Made by a program: the position numbers and the translations under genes. 64,000 bases of DNA from Candidatus Desulfofervidus auxilii (GTDB lineage: Bacteria; Desulfobacterota; Desulfofervidia; Desulfofervidales; Desulfofervidaceae), in the NCBI RefSeq assembly GCF_001577525.1, contig NZ_CP013015.1, positions 1,753,751 through 1,817,750 of the forward strand. Reading direction: 5' to 3'. Shown here piece after piece: positions 39,190 through 48,430 of the stretch (positions within the stretch are counted from its first letter, which is position 1; each line of letters opens with the position of its first letter). Under the pieces are notes generated by a model. That model worked only from the letters and a program-made list of their open reading frames with translations. It was not told the DNA's origin and made no database searches.

Positions 39190-40140
39190 ATGCGGTGTCC
39201 TAAATGCGGTTATTGTTCTTTTGATTATTTAGATGCCTGTCCTAAGTGTGGTATGGCATGGAGCGAATATAAGACCCAACTAAACATTAAAGGTATAAAA
39301 CCACAAAGCCCAAACTTTCTTACAGACTTATTAGCTACGGAAGAAAAAAAAGCCGAAGAAGCTTCCCTGTCCGAAGAGCTGGAGAAAGCCGCAAAGCCAG
39401 TGCAGGAAACAGAAATAAAAGAAAAAACAGATCAAGAAAAAGAAGTCCTTTACCCCACTGAAGAGATAGAAACCCCAGAACTGGCAAAAGAGCCAGAAGC
39501 GGAAGTAAATGAAGAAATATCTGAACTAGAGACAGTTGGAGAAACCCTACTCCCTTCAGAGAAGCCAGAAAAACCGGTAGAGCCAGCACAGGAATTAGAA
39601 GCAAAGGAAGAAATAACCGAGATAGAAGAGACCTTACCTCCTTTTGAAGAAACAATAGAAGAATTTCCTGAAGAAAAAGAAATACCCAAAGAGGCTTTTT
39701 CTCCTCTTGAAGAAATAGAAAAAGCCTCAGAACTGCTCCAGGAACCAGAAGGAGTAGAAGAATTACCTAAAGAGGAAGAAATAGCCCAGACAGAAGAAGA
39801 ACTCCCACCTTCTGAAGAAATACAAAAGATCACAGAATTGGCACAAGAACCACAAGTGGAAAAACTATCTGAAGAAAAAGTAGCCGAACCAGAAGAGGAC
39901 CTGTCACTTTATCCAGAAGCAAAATCTGTTTTTGAAGAGATAGAAGGAACTTTGGTAGAAATAGAAAAAATGGACAGAACTTCTGAAATGCCTGAAAGAA
40001 ATGAAGAGAAATCAACAAGTCCAGAAACAATACCTGAACCCATTGAGGTGTTAGAAGAGGTAGAGAAAACTCCTTTAGAGCTTGATATTTCAGAATCAGA
40101 TATAGAAGTTTTAGAAGATATAGAACCCCCAAAGAAATGA
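39190..40140 (+). CDS. Zinc-ribbon protein with a long acidic, E/P-rich repetitive tail
   Basis: N-terminal CPKCGYC...CPKCG. Then ~270 aa of low-complexity E/P/K/I repeats (..PEKPVEPAQELEAKEEITEIEETLPPFEE..). Confidence 0.5.
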   Translation: MRCPKCGYCSFDYLDACPKCGMAWSEYKTQLNIKGIKPQSPNFLTDLLATEEKKAEEASLSEELEKAAKPVQETEIKEKTDQEKEVLYPTEEIETPELAKEPEAEVNEEISELETVGETLLPSEKPEKPVEPAQELEAKEEITEIEETLPPFEETIEEFPEEKEIPKEAFSPLEEIEKASELLQEPEGVEELPKEEEIAQTEEELPPSEEIQKITELAQEPQVEKLSEEKVAEPEEDLSLYPEAKSVFEEIEGTLVEIEKMDRTSEMPERNEEKSTSPETIPEPIEVLEEVEKTPLELDISESDIEVLEDIEPPKK

Positions 40141-40193
40141 TCTAATGATTTATCCTTTGCTTTTTCTAAAAACTTAGGGTAGGTAAAATAGAA

Positions 40194-41015
40194 ATGAAAA
40201 AGGTGCGATGTATTGTTATTAGCGGTTATGGCACTAATTGTGAAGTAGAAATGGCCTATGCTTGTAAATTAGCAGGGGGGGAAGTTGAAATTGTTCATAT
40301 AAGTGAACTGATTTATGGAGAGAAATCTTTAGATAATTACCACTTCCTTAATTTCCCAGGTGGTTTTTTAGATGGTGATGACTTAGGAGCAGCTAAGGCA
40401 GCCGCTAATAGATGGAGGTTTGGGAAGATTAAAACTACAGGAGAACCCCTTTTTGACCAGATTATGCGGTTTATTAAAGAAGGAAAACTCATTCTAGGAG
40501 TATGTAATGGATTTCAATTGATGGTCAAGTTAGGCATTTTACCTGGTTTAAGGTTCCAATATGCCCTTCAATTAGCTAGTTTGACTTATAATGATTCAGG
40601 TCGTTTTGAAGACCGCTGGGTTTTCTTAAAATTAGACCCCAATACTCCCTGTGTCTTTACCCAAGGATTAGATAAACTTTATCTTCCGGTAAGGCATGGA
40701 GAAGGGAAATTTGTTGTCCAAGATGAAAATGTATTAACTGCCATTGAAAACAATCATTTAGCCGTCTTAAAATATACTCATCCAGAGACAGAACAGCCTA
40801 CTATGGAATATCCTTTTAATCCCAATGGTTCTATCAGTGCTATTGCTGGCATTTGCGACCCTAGTGGTAGATTATTTGGCCTCATGCCACACCCCGAAGC
40901 GTTTTTACACTTTACAAATCATCCCCATTGGACAAGAGAACAACTGTCAGAAGAGGGAATGGGTTTAGCCCTGTTTCATAACGCCATTACATATATAAAA
41001 CAAAACATCTTGTGA
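40194..41015 (+). CDS. Class-I glutamine amidotransferase, phosphoribosylformylglycinamidine synthase subunit PurQ-like
   Basis: Catalytic GVCNGFQ, and MPHPE in the C-terminal region. Confidence 0.65.
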   Translation: MKKVRCIVISGYGTNCEVEMAYACKLAGGEVEIVHISELIYGEKSLDNYHFLNFPGGFLDGDDLGAAKAAANRWRFGKIKTTGEPLFDQIMRFIKEGKLILGVCNGFQLMVKLGILPGLRFQYALQLASLTYNDSGRFEDRWVFLKLDPNTPCVFTQGLDKLYLPVRHGEGKFVVQDENVLTAIENNHLAVLKYTHPETEQPTMEYPFNPNGSISAIAGICDPSGRLFGLMPHPEAFLHFTNHPHWTREQLSEEGMGLALFHNAITYIKQNIL

Positions 41016-41299
41016 AACATCTTTTATTGAAAATAATGATAATAGGTTAGATGACTTGCTTCACTTTACAAGGTAGTTTTGCAAATGCGCATAGAAAGGA
41101 TTCATTTATTCCCTTCTTGACCTTGCACTTAGAAGACATTTTCACAAAGAAGGTTATATTTATGAAAAAAGAAAGTTTAAACTTTTTACTTTTTCAAGGC
41201 TACTGGGAAAAATAAGAAACATAAAAGATGGATTTGAGTTTACTCCGCCTCTAAAATTGGTCATCTCTCCCTTAAAAGAAAAAGGGATTTTATCGGGAA

Positions 41300-42000
41300 G
41301 TGGTAGACTATTATGAGGAGTATGTGCTTTATGGAGGCTATCCAGCAGTAGTCCTTTTAAACGACCTAGATATGAAAAGGCAATACTTAAATGATATTTA
41401 CAATGCCTATGTGCATAAAGACATAAGTGCGATTTTTAATATAGAAAATATCACTGCCTATAATCAGCTAGTTAAATTTTTGGCTCTACAGATGGGAAAT
41501 CTTCTCAATGTGCAGGAATTAAGTAAAACCTTAAGTATAACCCAAAAAACCGTAGAAAAATTTTTAAAAATCTTAGAAGATACTTATGTTTGTCATCTTG
41601 TTACCCCCTTTTTAGTAATAAGCAAAAAGAATTGACCAAAATGCCCAAAATATTTTGGTATGACACTGGCTTAAGAAATCGCCTTATTTCAGATTTTAAG
41701 CCTTTAGCCAAACGTGTGGATAAAGGTAACCTATTAGAAAACGCAGTTTTTAAAGATTTACTCTTTATAGTAGAGAATAAAGCCAATATTAAATTCTGGC
41801 GGACAAAACATGGAAGTGAGATAGACTTTGTTTTAGAGCAAGAAAGATTGTCTGCCTGGGAGGTAAAGAGTGGTGAGGTAACTACTGCTCCTTCTGGTCT
41901 GTGTTCATTTTTGCGTTATTATCCACAGACAAAGGCCTATGTGGTAAACGCAAAAATTCAGAAGAAGGAAAAAATATATATTTTATTCCCTTTTATGTAG
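41300..42000 (+). pseudogene. Degraded AAA-family ATPase gene (DUF4143 C-terminal domain). The N-terminal ATPase part is missing and an internal frameshift sits near 41600.
   Basis: Two overlapping ORFs in different frames (41300-41635 and 41590-42000) together cover a DUF4143-like domain (..KIFWYDTGLRN..). There is no Walker A region upstream. Confidence 0.55.
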
Positions 42001-42057
42001 TAGACTTTTTAAACTATACTAAGTAAACTTTCAACAAAAAAGTGGCTAACTAAAGCG

Positions 42058-42112
42058 GCCCTCCCTGCCTGTCCCCGCCTGCCTGTCGGCAGACACGGCC
42101 GTCGGGCAGGCC
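42058..42112. repeat. REP-like element cluster (copy 5)
   Basis: CCCTCCCTGCCTGTCCCCGCCTGCCTGTCGGCAGACACGGCCGTCGGGCAGGCC. Confidence 0.85.
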
Positions 42113-42395
42113 TTACTACCACAGGTGCACAACTTTTTCATGTTATCACACTACCCCTTTTGGGGAAAAATTTGACAAAATAAATACCCTATGATATATT
42201 AAGAAAGTGGTGGATTTTGATGTTTTTACCCCAAATATTTATTGGTATTTTAGGAAAGATAGGTATTTTCTATCTATAAAAATTCTTGACATTGATATAA
42301 TATCTCTCACAGAAAAAACTTTTAAGTCGGTCTTTCTTAATCATCTCCCGCTAAGATAGATTGGGATAACCCTTAAATAGAGAAATGGAAAGGAG

Positions 42396-43445
42396 GTGGC
42401 CATGCAGATAGACTTTCACTTTTATACTATTTATGCCTTGGCAAGAGGAGTTGGATTTAAGCCAGATGATGCCCATATTATTGCCTATTCATCCCAACAT
42501 ACAGATGATGCCAAGTATGAACATGCCCTTGATTTTGAAAATGGTGGAAGGTTTCAGCAGGTGCTTACTGCTCATAAGTTTCTTGATTTGGATGTCTTGA
42601 CAAAGCCTACCTGCTATAGGATATGGATACCTTTTCATTTTCTTCCTGGAAATTTAGGCAAAGATTTTTATGAGCGCATACTTGTTAGAGCAAATAGTGT
42701 CATTGCTCAAAGGATGATAGAAGATTTTTTAAGTGCTGATTTAAAGCCTTATAGCCTTCATCGTTTAGGCATTCTTCTACATGTCTATGCAGATACATGG
42801 TCACATCAAAATTTCATGGGCATCATGCATGATATGAATGATATTAAAAGTATGAAAGTAAAGGGGACAGAGAAAGGATTTTTAAAATCTCTATTAAACA
42901 AACTTAAAGAAGAATTTCTTGAATACCATGCCCCAAAGCTTGGTCACGCCCAAGCAGGAACCATCCCTGATGAACCATATCGAGAATGGAAATATAAAGA
43001 CTACAAAGGTTATCATTTAGAAATTTCTAATAATGAACGAGCCTTGGATGCAGCCCAAAACTGTTATTTAGTGCTATCTAGATTTTTAAAACGATTCCCT
43101 CAATTTTTGAGCTCTAAAACAATACCTTGGCAAGAAATTGCAGATAAAATAGCTGAATTGTTTAATCATGAAGGAGAGTTAGAAGATAGGGTTAAGAATT
43201 GGCAAGAGGCAATTTCAAAAGGGTTAATTGGATTTGAACCAAAAGATAGAGACATCAATCTTTTTTATGATGATAGAGAGTGGTTTAAGTCTGCAGTTAC
43301 TGTAAAAAAAGATGAAAAGGAACACTATATAAGAAATAAAGGTTTTGAAAGAAGTAATTGGAAATTTTTTCATGATGCAGCCGCCTTTCATAGATTTCAT
43401 ATATTACATGAATTGCTCCCAGAATATGGCATAATTTGTGGTTAA
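42396..43445 (+). CDS. Intracellular zinc-dependent phospholipase C / P1-nuclease-fold (PF00882-like) protein
   Basis: No signal peptide. Motifs align with PC-PLC zinc ligands: HFYTIYA (cf. HLWIVNRA), ALDFEN (AADYEN), PFHFLPG (SHFYDP), LGILLHVYADTWSHQNF (LGLSLHYLGDVNQPMHAANF), GHAQ...E (GFHSKYE). Confidence 0.5.
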   Translation: MAMQIDFHFYTIYALARGVGFKPDDAHIIAYSSQHTDDAKYEHALDFENGGRFQQVLTAHKFLDLDVLTKPTCYRIWIPFHFLPGNLGKDFYERILVRANSVIAQRMIEDFLSADLKPYSLHRLGILLHVYADTWSHQNFMGIMHDMNDIKSMKVKGTEKGFLKSLLNKLKEEFLEYHAPKLGHAQAGTIPDEPYREWKYKDYKGYHLEISNNERALDAAQNCYLVLSRFLKRFPQFLSSKTIPWQEIADKIAELFNHEGELEDRVKNWQEAISKGLIGFEPKDRDINLFYDDREWFKSAVTVKKDEKEHYIRNKGFERSNWKFFHDAAAFHRFHILHELLPEYGIICG

Positions 43446-43457
43446 AAGGAGAGAAAA

Positions 43458-45869
43458 ATGGCTGTAACCATTAGTGATTTAAGTCTTAGGGAAATTACTT
43501 TAGATAGCCTGCCTCGTTTAAAAAGATTAAGGGAACTCCATTTTAATACCAGACCTGAAATTTGTTTAGAACTGCCAAGACTTATGACTCATTATATGAA
43601 GTATTTAGATAATAAAGAAGATTCACCAGAGCTTCGGGCAGGAAAGATGTATAAATATATTTTGGAAAATAAAAGCCCACTTATTCTTGATGAAAATCTC
43701 CTTATAGGTACCACTACAACAAAACAAATTGGTGTAGTCCTTTACCCTGATTTATTGGCTCAAACTATCTGGCCAGAATTAGAGACCATTAGCCGTAGAA
43801 AGAAAAATCCATTTGGAATTACCAGAAAAGAAATAGATGAGCTTAATTTTGAAATCTTTCCCTTTTGGATGAATCGCACTATTCAGGAGGTAGCAAGAAA
43901 AGATAATAACAATCCATTTTGTCAAAGATTGATGGAAAGGATCGTCTTCTTTTTAGCTACCAAGGCCTATTGTATCTCTCATACAGTGCCAAATTATAAG
44001 GTTGTGCTTGAAAGGGGTATTTTGGACATTATAAATGAAGCCAAGGAAAAGGAGCTTTCTTCAGAAGATAAAGAAAAAAAGGATTTTTATAAAGCAGTTC
44101 AGTTATCATTAAGTGGTATCCTTTCTTATGCAGAAAATCTAAGCAAATTTGCTAAAAAAATGGCAGAAAAGGAGACAGATCCTGAATGGAAGGAAGAGCT
44201 ATTAAAGATGAGTGAAATTTGTAAAAAAGTGCCAGCAAAAAAGGCTGATACCTTCAGAGAGGCTATAAATAGTCTTTGGATATATAGAGTGGCACTTCAT
44301 CAGGAAAATGCAAATGTCGCTATGAGCCCTGGAAGGTTGGATCAAGTGCTTTATCCTTATTATTGTAAAAGTATTGGACAAGGTATGAGCCTCAGTGAGG
44401 CAGTAGAATTAGTAGGGTGTCTCTGGCTTAAAATCTGTGACCATGTGCCTTTAGCACCAGAGACCAGTGAAGAATTATTTGGCGGCAGTGGTTCTAATCA
44501 GGCCGTTACTTTAGGTGGGATAGATATGGAAGGAAATGATGCAGTAAACGACCTTACCTATATAATGTTAAGGGCAACAGAGCTTTTAAAGGTGCGTGAT
44601 CCCAATGTCAATGCCCGTTGTCATCCTGAAATAAATAAAAAAGAATATCTTCATAGACTTTGCGAAGTAAATATAAATACAGGAGCCACTCCCTGTTTCC
44701 ATAATGATGTATCTGCCATTGAGGCCTTGTTAGGACAAGGGGTCTCTCTTGAACATGCCAGAGATTATGCCTCAGTGGGGTGTGTAGAGCCTACAAGTTG
44801 TGGACGCACATTTGGCCATACAGGTTGTTTATTGATGAATCTTCCTTCTGCCTTAGAATTAGCACTTTTTCAAGGAAAGCATAGACTTACAGAAGATGAA
44901 CAAATCGGCCCCAAAACAAAGGCACCAAAAGATATGACTTCTTTTGAAGAATTTAAAGAGGCGTTAGCTACACAGATTTCCTGGCTTATTGAACAGGCAG
45001 TTACTTTAAATAACAATTTTGGGCGTGCTTATCAAAAGATTCATCCATTTCCTATGCTTTCTGTAGTGATAGAAGGATGTATGGAAAAAGGTAAAGATGT
45101 TATTTATGGAGGTGCCCTTTATAACTCCTCTGGGGCAGCCATAATTGGAATAGCTGAAATTGTAGATTCGATGACTGCCATAGAAGAGTTTGTATTTGAA
45201 AAAAGAATTATTTCTTTTCCTGAATTAATTGATGCCATAAACAAAAACTGGGAAGGGTATGAAAACCTTCAAACAATGATAAAGACATCAACGGAAAAAT
45301 TTGGCACAGACAGTGAGATGGCCAAAAAGAATGCAGATTGGTTAATAAGCCTTTTACATGAGACATTTCAAAGCAAAGAAAATTATAGGGGTGGTAAATA
45401 TACAGTAGGCTATTGGACCATGACCAATCATGCTGGCTTTGGGATGTTAAGTGGAGCATTGCCCAGTGGTAGAAAAAAAGGAGAGTCTTTTCCAAGCGGG
45501 ATTACACCAGTCTCAGGGGCTGCTCCTCAACTCACTCCCTGTTTAAACTTTGTGGCGCATTTGGATCACAAAAAGATTGCCGATGGTCATGCCTTAAATT
45601 TAAAATACACCCCTTCTACTACCACTGTACCTAAATTTGCAGATACAATTTTTGCCTTCTTTAAAATGGGAGGATTACAGGTGCAGTTTAATATCATTGA
45701 CCGAAAGACCTTAGAAGATGCAAAAAAACACCCTGAAAGATATCCTGATTTATTTGTCAGAGTCTCTGGATATTCTGCTTATTTTAAAGATTTAAACCCT
45801 CAGATGCAGGAAGAGATTATTACCCGTGCTGAATATAATTTAGATACTGGAGAAGAACAAAGATTTTAA
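43458..45869 (+). CDS. Glycyl radical enzyme (PFL2/eliminase-type), 803 aa
   Basis: C-terminal glycyl radical motif RVSGYSAYF, catalytic Cys loop GCVEP, and PFL2 motif AMSPGRLDQ. Confidence 0.9.
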   Translation: MAVTISDLSLREITLDSLPRLKRLRELHFNTRPEICLELPRLMTHYMKYLDNKEDSPELRAGKMYKYILENKSPLILDENLLIGTTTTKQIGVVLYPDLLAQTIWPELETISRRKKNPFGITRKEIDELNFEIFPFWMNRTIQEVARKDNNNPFCQRLMERIVFFLATKAYCISHTVPNYKVVLERGILDIINEAKEKELSSEDKEKKDFYKAVQLSLSGILSYAENLSKFAKKMAEKETDPEWKEELLKMSEICKKVPAKKADTFREAINSLWIYRVALHQENANVAMSPGRLDQVLYPYYCKSIGQGMSLSEAVELVGCLWLKICDHVPLAPETSEELFGGSGSNQAVTLGGIDMEGNDAVNDLTYIMLRATELLKVRDPNVNARCHPEINKKEYLHRLCEVNINTGATPCFHNDVSAIEALLGQGVSLEHARDYASVGCVEPTSCGRTFGHTGCLLMNLPSALELALFQGKHRLTEDEQIGPKTKAPKDMTSFEEFKEALATQISWLIEQAVTLNNNFGRAYQKIHPFPMLSVVIEGCMEKGKDVIYGGALYNSSGAAIIGIAEIVDSMTAIEEFVFEKRIISFPELIDAINKNWEGYENLQTMIKTSTEKFGTDSEMAKKNADWLISLLHETFQSKENYRGGKYTVGYWTMTNHAGFGMLSGALPSGRKKGESFPSGITPVSGAAPQLTPCLNFVAHLDHKKIADGHALNLKYTPSTTTVPKFADTIFAFFKMGGLQVQFNIIDRKTLEDAKKHPERYPDLFVRVSGYSAYFKDLNPQMQEEIITRAEYNLDTGEEQRF

Positions 45870-45882
45870 AGGAGAATAAAAA

Positions 45883-46743
45883 ATGAAAGGTATAAAGGAA
45901 ATTGCCGATTTCCAAGACCTGTTTTTTAAAATTGCAAAGGAAAAAAGTGAGGAATTATTAAAAGGAGACATTCAAAAAGAAATAGAATCTGAAAAAGACT
46001 TTCCAGTTTCAATCAAGGCTGACTTCAATCTCTTGATAAATGAAATAAGTGCCTTAGCTAAAACAAGGAGTTTTTTTAAAGATATTATTGAAGAATTAAA
46101 GTCTGACTTAAATGACCTCCTTAAGAGCAAAGATTATGATGAATTCATTAACAATTTTAAAGACTTAGTGGAAATTGAGCAACTAAAAAATTTGCCTGAT
46201 GTATTGCGTGGCATTATCCATATGGAAATAGGCTTAGCCGTTTCATTTATCACCGTAGTTAATAACTTAAAAGACATAAGAATAGAGGACTATGAAGATA
46301 GTTTTAATCAGTATTTCTTTTCTGATGGTTATAAGACAGTATCTGAAGATTTAATTGTGCGGCCTAAACTCCCCCATATTAGCAGTTTTTCAGACATAAA
46401 AACCATTGGCAATCAAATTAAGGCTGAACGTTATATCCGGGACATGATAAGAATCATAGTGGAAACCACCGGAGATAGATTATATAAACTGAGGGAACGT
46501 TATCCCAAGTTTATCCAAGAATATCAGGATAACTCCAAAAAGAAATTAATAGACTGGTTTGACTCTTTCGGAGATATGGCTGAAGCATCATTACTTCCTG
46601 TAGTTGAAGGTGTTATTAATGGCGCCTTTAGCATTAAATTAAATCCATTAATAGCTGCAGCTATAGGCACATTTTGTTCTGTTACTGCTAGAAAAGCAAC
46701 CGAGCATTCGTACCTTACACTTTTAAGAATTAAATATAGTTAA
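45883..46743 (+). CDS. Hypothetical protein (286 aa) between the GRE and its activase
   Basis: Good RBS (AAAGGAGAATAAAAAATG) and no recognisable domain. Co-oriented and tightly spaced with its neighbours. Confidence 0.5.
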   Translation: MKGIKEIADFQDLFFKIAKEKSEELLKGDIQKEIESEKDFPVSIKADFNLLINEISALAKTRSFFKDIIEELKSDLNDLLKSKDYDEFINNFKDLVEIEQLKNLPDVLRGIIHMEIGLAVSFITVVNNLKDIRIEDYEDSFNQYFFSDGYKTVSEDLIVRPKLPHISSFSDIKTIGNQIKAERYIRDMIRIIVETTGDRLYKLRERYPKFIQEYQDNSKKKLIDWFDSFGDMAEASLLPVVEGVINGAFSIKLNPLIAAAIGTFCSVTARKATEHSYLTLLRIKYS

Positions 46744-46798
46744 TTGCCACAGAAATAATGGGAGTAGACGCAGTTAAATAAATTTATGAGGTGTAATA

Positions 46799-47005
46799 AT
46801 GAAATACACAGTTAAGTTAGTATTGGACCTGAGTGAGATCAAAAGATATCCAGAACTTAGAAAAGCGCTTTATAAAGAGAAAAAACCTATAAAGGTAGCG
46901 GCAGTTCGTAATAGCAAGATACTAGGAGCAAAAGAAATTGATATTAAAGAAATAAGAAAAAATACTAATCGGTGTTCATATAGCTTTACTATTGAAAAGG
47001 TGTAA
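46799..47005 (+). CDS. Hypothetical small basic protein (68 aa)
   Basis: ORF in the same operon-like array. No motif. Confidence 0.3.
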   Translation: MKYTVKLVLDLSEIKRYPELRKALYKEKKPIKVAAVRNSKILGAKEIDIKEIRKNTNRCSYSFTIEKV

Positions 47006-47060
47006 TTGTCAGGGAGACCTATGGTCTCCCTGATTTTAAAATTTAAAGTAGGAGAAAAAG

Positions 47061-47516
47061 ATGTTTGATTTAGAAAACATCATCAACAAATTGGCCTTAG
47101 AAAAGGCAGGGGAAAAATTCCTAAACACCCTTGAGGATGAGGCAGCAGAGACATTCTTAGAAGTGCTTCTGCTTTTTATGAAGTTAAAATTTATGTTTGA
47201 TCCTTCTTATAGAAAAAATATTGAGAATTTCAAAGGACGTTATCAATTTAGAAGCAGAGATGGTAGAATTACGGTTTTGGTAGAACTTGATAATGGAAAG
47301 ATGGATATTAAAGAAACATTAAGTGAAGATGTGGATGTAACTGTAATCTTTAAAGATGGGCGCTCATTGATGAATTTTTTGCTTTCTCAAAATAGAGACG
47401 TTTTAAGAGGATTACTTAATAACGAAATCAATGTTAATGGCAATTTAAATTATATTTACAAATTTGCCTTTATGGCCAATCACCTTCAATTGGAGCTGAC
47501 AGGTAATCTGCCTTAA
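47061..47516 (+). CDS. SCP2 (sterol/lipid carrier)-like domain protein
   Basis: 151 aa. A TVLVELDNGKMDIKE...VDVTVIFKDGRSLMNFLLSQN pattern of the SCP2 fold, and a GAGAAAAAGATG RBS. Confidence 0.5.
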   Translation: MFDLENIINKLALEKAGEKFLNTLEDEAAETFLEVLLLFMKLKFMFDPSYRKNIENFKGRYQFRSRDGRITVLVELDNGKMDIKETLSEDVDVTVIFKDGRSLMNFLLSQNRDVLRGLLNNEINVNGNLNYIYKFAFMANHLQLELTGNLP

Positions 47517-48421
47517 TGGAAAAAAGGAGACCGCTTATTTTTGACATAAAAAGACATGCCTTAGAAGACGGCCCTGGTATCCGTAGTACTGTTTTTTTAA
47601 AGGGCTGCAATCTAAATTGTATCTGGTGTCAAAATCCTGAGTCAATAGACCCTTCACCTGAAATTGGCTTTTATCCCAAAAGTTGCATAAAATCGGGGGA
47701 ATGTGTAAAGGTCTGTAAGAAAAATGCCTGTAGTTTAGAAAACCCTTTAAGGATTGATAGGGAAAAGTGTGATAAGTGTGGAGACTGTGTAAAGGCATGT
47801 CCTGGTTTAGGTTTAAGACAAATAGGCCATTTTTACCCTATTGAAGAATTGGTCTCTATTTTAATACGTGACAAAGTATTTTATGAAGTCTCAAACGGAG
47901 GAGTCACCTTTTCAGGGGGCGAACCTACTTTACATATGGATTATGTGTCTTTACTCCTTAGGTCATTAAAAAAAGAGGGAATCCATACTGCTATTCAAAC
48001 AAATGGTTTTTTTGACTGGTTTGAATTTAAAGAAAAATTATTACCTTGGCTTGATTTAATTATGTTTGATGTAAAACTGTTTGATCCAAAACAACATTTA
48101 AAATACACAGGGCAAAAAAATGACATTATTTTAGAAAACCTGGCTGAATTGGTTAAAGAAAGACCAGAAGATGTAATTCCAAGAACTCCACTTATTCCAG
48201 ATATTACCGCCACCACCGAAAATTTGAAGGCTATCTCTAAACTATACAAAGACTTAAATATAAAACAATGTGCCCTTTTGCCATATAATCCAACAGGTTT
48301 TTCTAAGGCAGAAAATATTGGCAAAAAGGTATCATCTATGCTTTCTAGACATATGATGAAGCCTGAAGAAGAAAAAAAATATAAAGAGATATTCTCTTGG
48401 GCAGAATTAATTAAATTTTAA
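47516..48421 (+). CDS. Glycyl-radical-enzyme activating enzyme (radical SAM with two ferredoxin-like clusters)
   Basis: GCNLNCIWCQNPE (CxxxCxxC), plus CIKSGECVKVCKKNAC and CDKCGDCVKACPG. Its start overlaps the upstream stop. Confidence 0.85.
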   Translation: MEKRRPLIFDIKRHALEDGPGIRSTVFLKGCNLNCIWCQNPESIDPSPEIGFYPKSCIKSGECVKVCKKNACSLENPLRIDREKCDKCGDCVKACPGLGLRQIGHFYPIEELVSILIRDKVFYEVSNGGVTFSGGEPTLHMDYVSLLLRSLKKEGIHTAIQTNGFFDWFEFKEKLLPWLDLIMFDVKLFDPKQHLKYTGQKNDIILENLAELVKERPEDVIPRTPLIPDITATTENLKAISKLYKDLNIKQCALLPYNPTGFSKAENIGKKVSSMLSRHMMKPEEEKKYKEIFSWAELIKF

Positions 48422-48430
48422 AGGGGCAAT

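Noticed and set aside
39335-40132. Three minus-strand ORFs inside the acidic zinc-ribbon gene
   Set aside because: They are mirror artefacts of the GAA/GAG-rich repeats on the sense strand (L/F/S-rich translations).
41300-42000. Two separate small genes (41300-41635 and 41590-42000)
   Set aside because: Together they form one DUF4143-type domain in two frames. They are better explained as one frameshifted pseudogene lacking its ATPase N-terminus.
47516-48421. Whether the radical SAM protein is a generic rSAM rather than a GRE activase
   Set aside because: Not rejected as a gene, but the alternative is. The N-terminal CxxxCxxC, two ferredoxin-like Cys clusters, a size of ~300 aa and its position 1.6 kb from an RVSGY-motif GRE all fit PflA-type activases.
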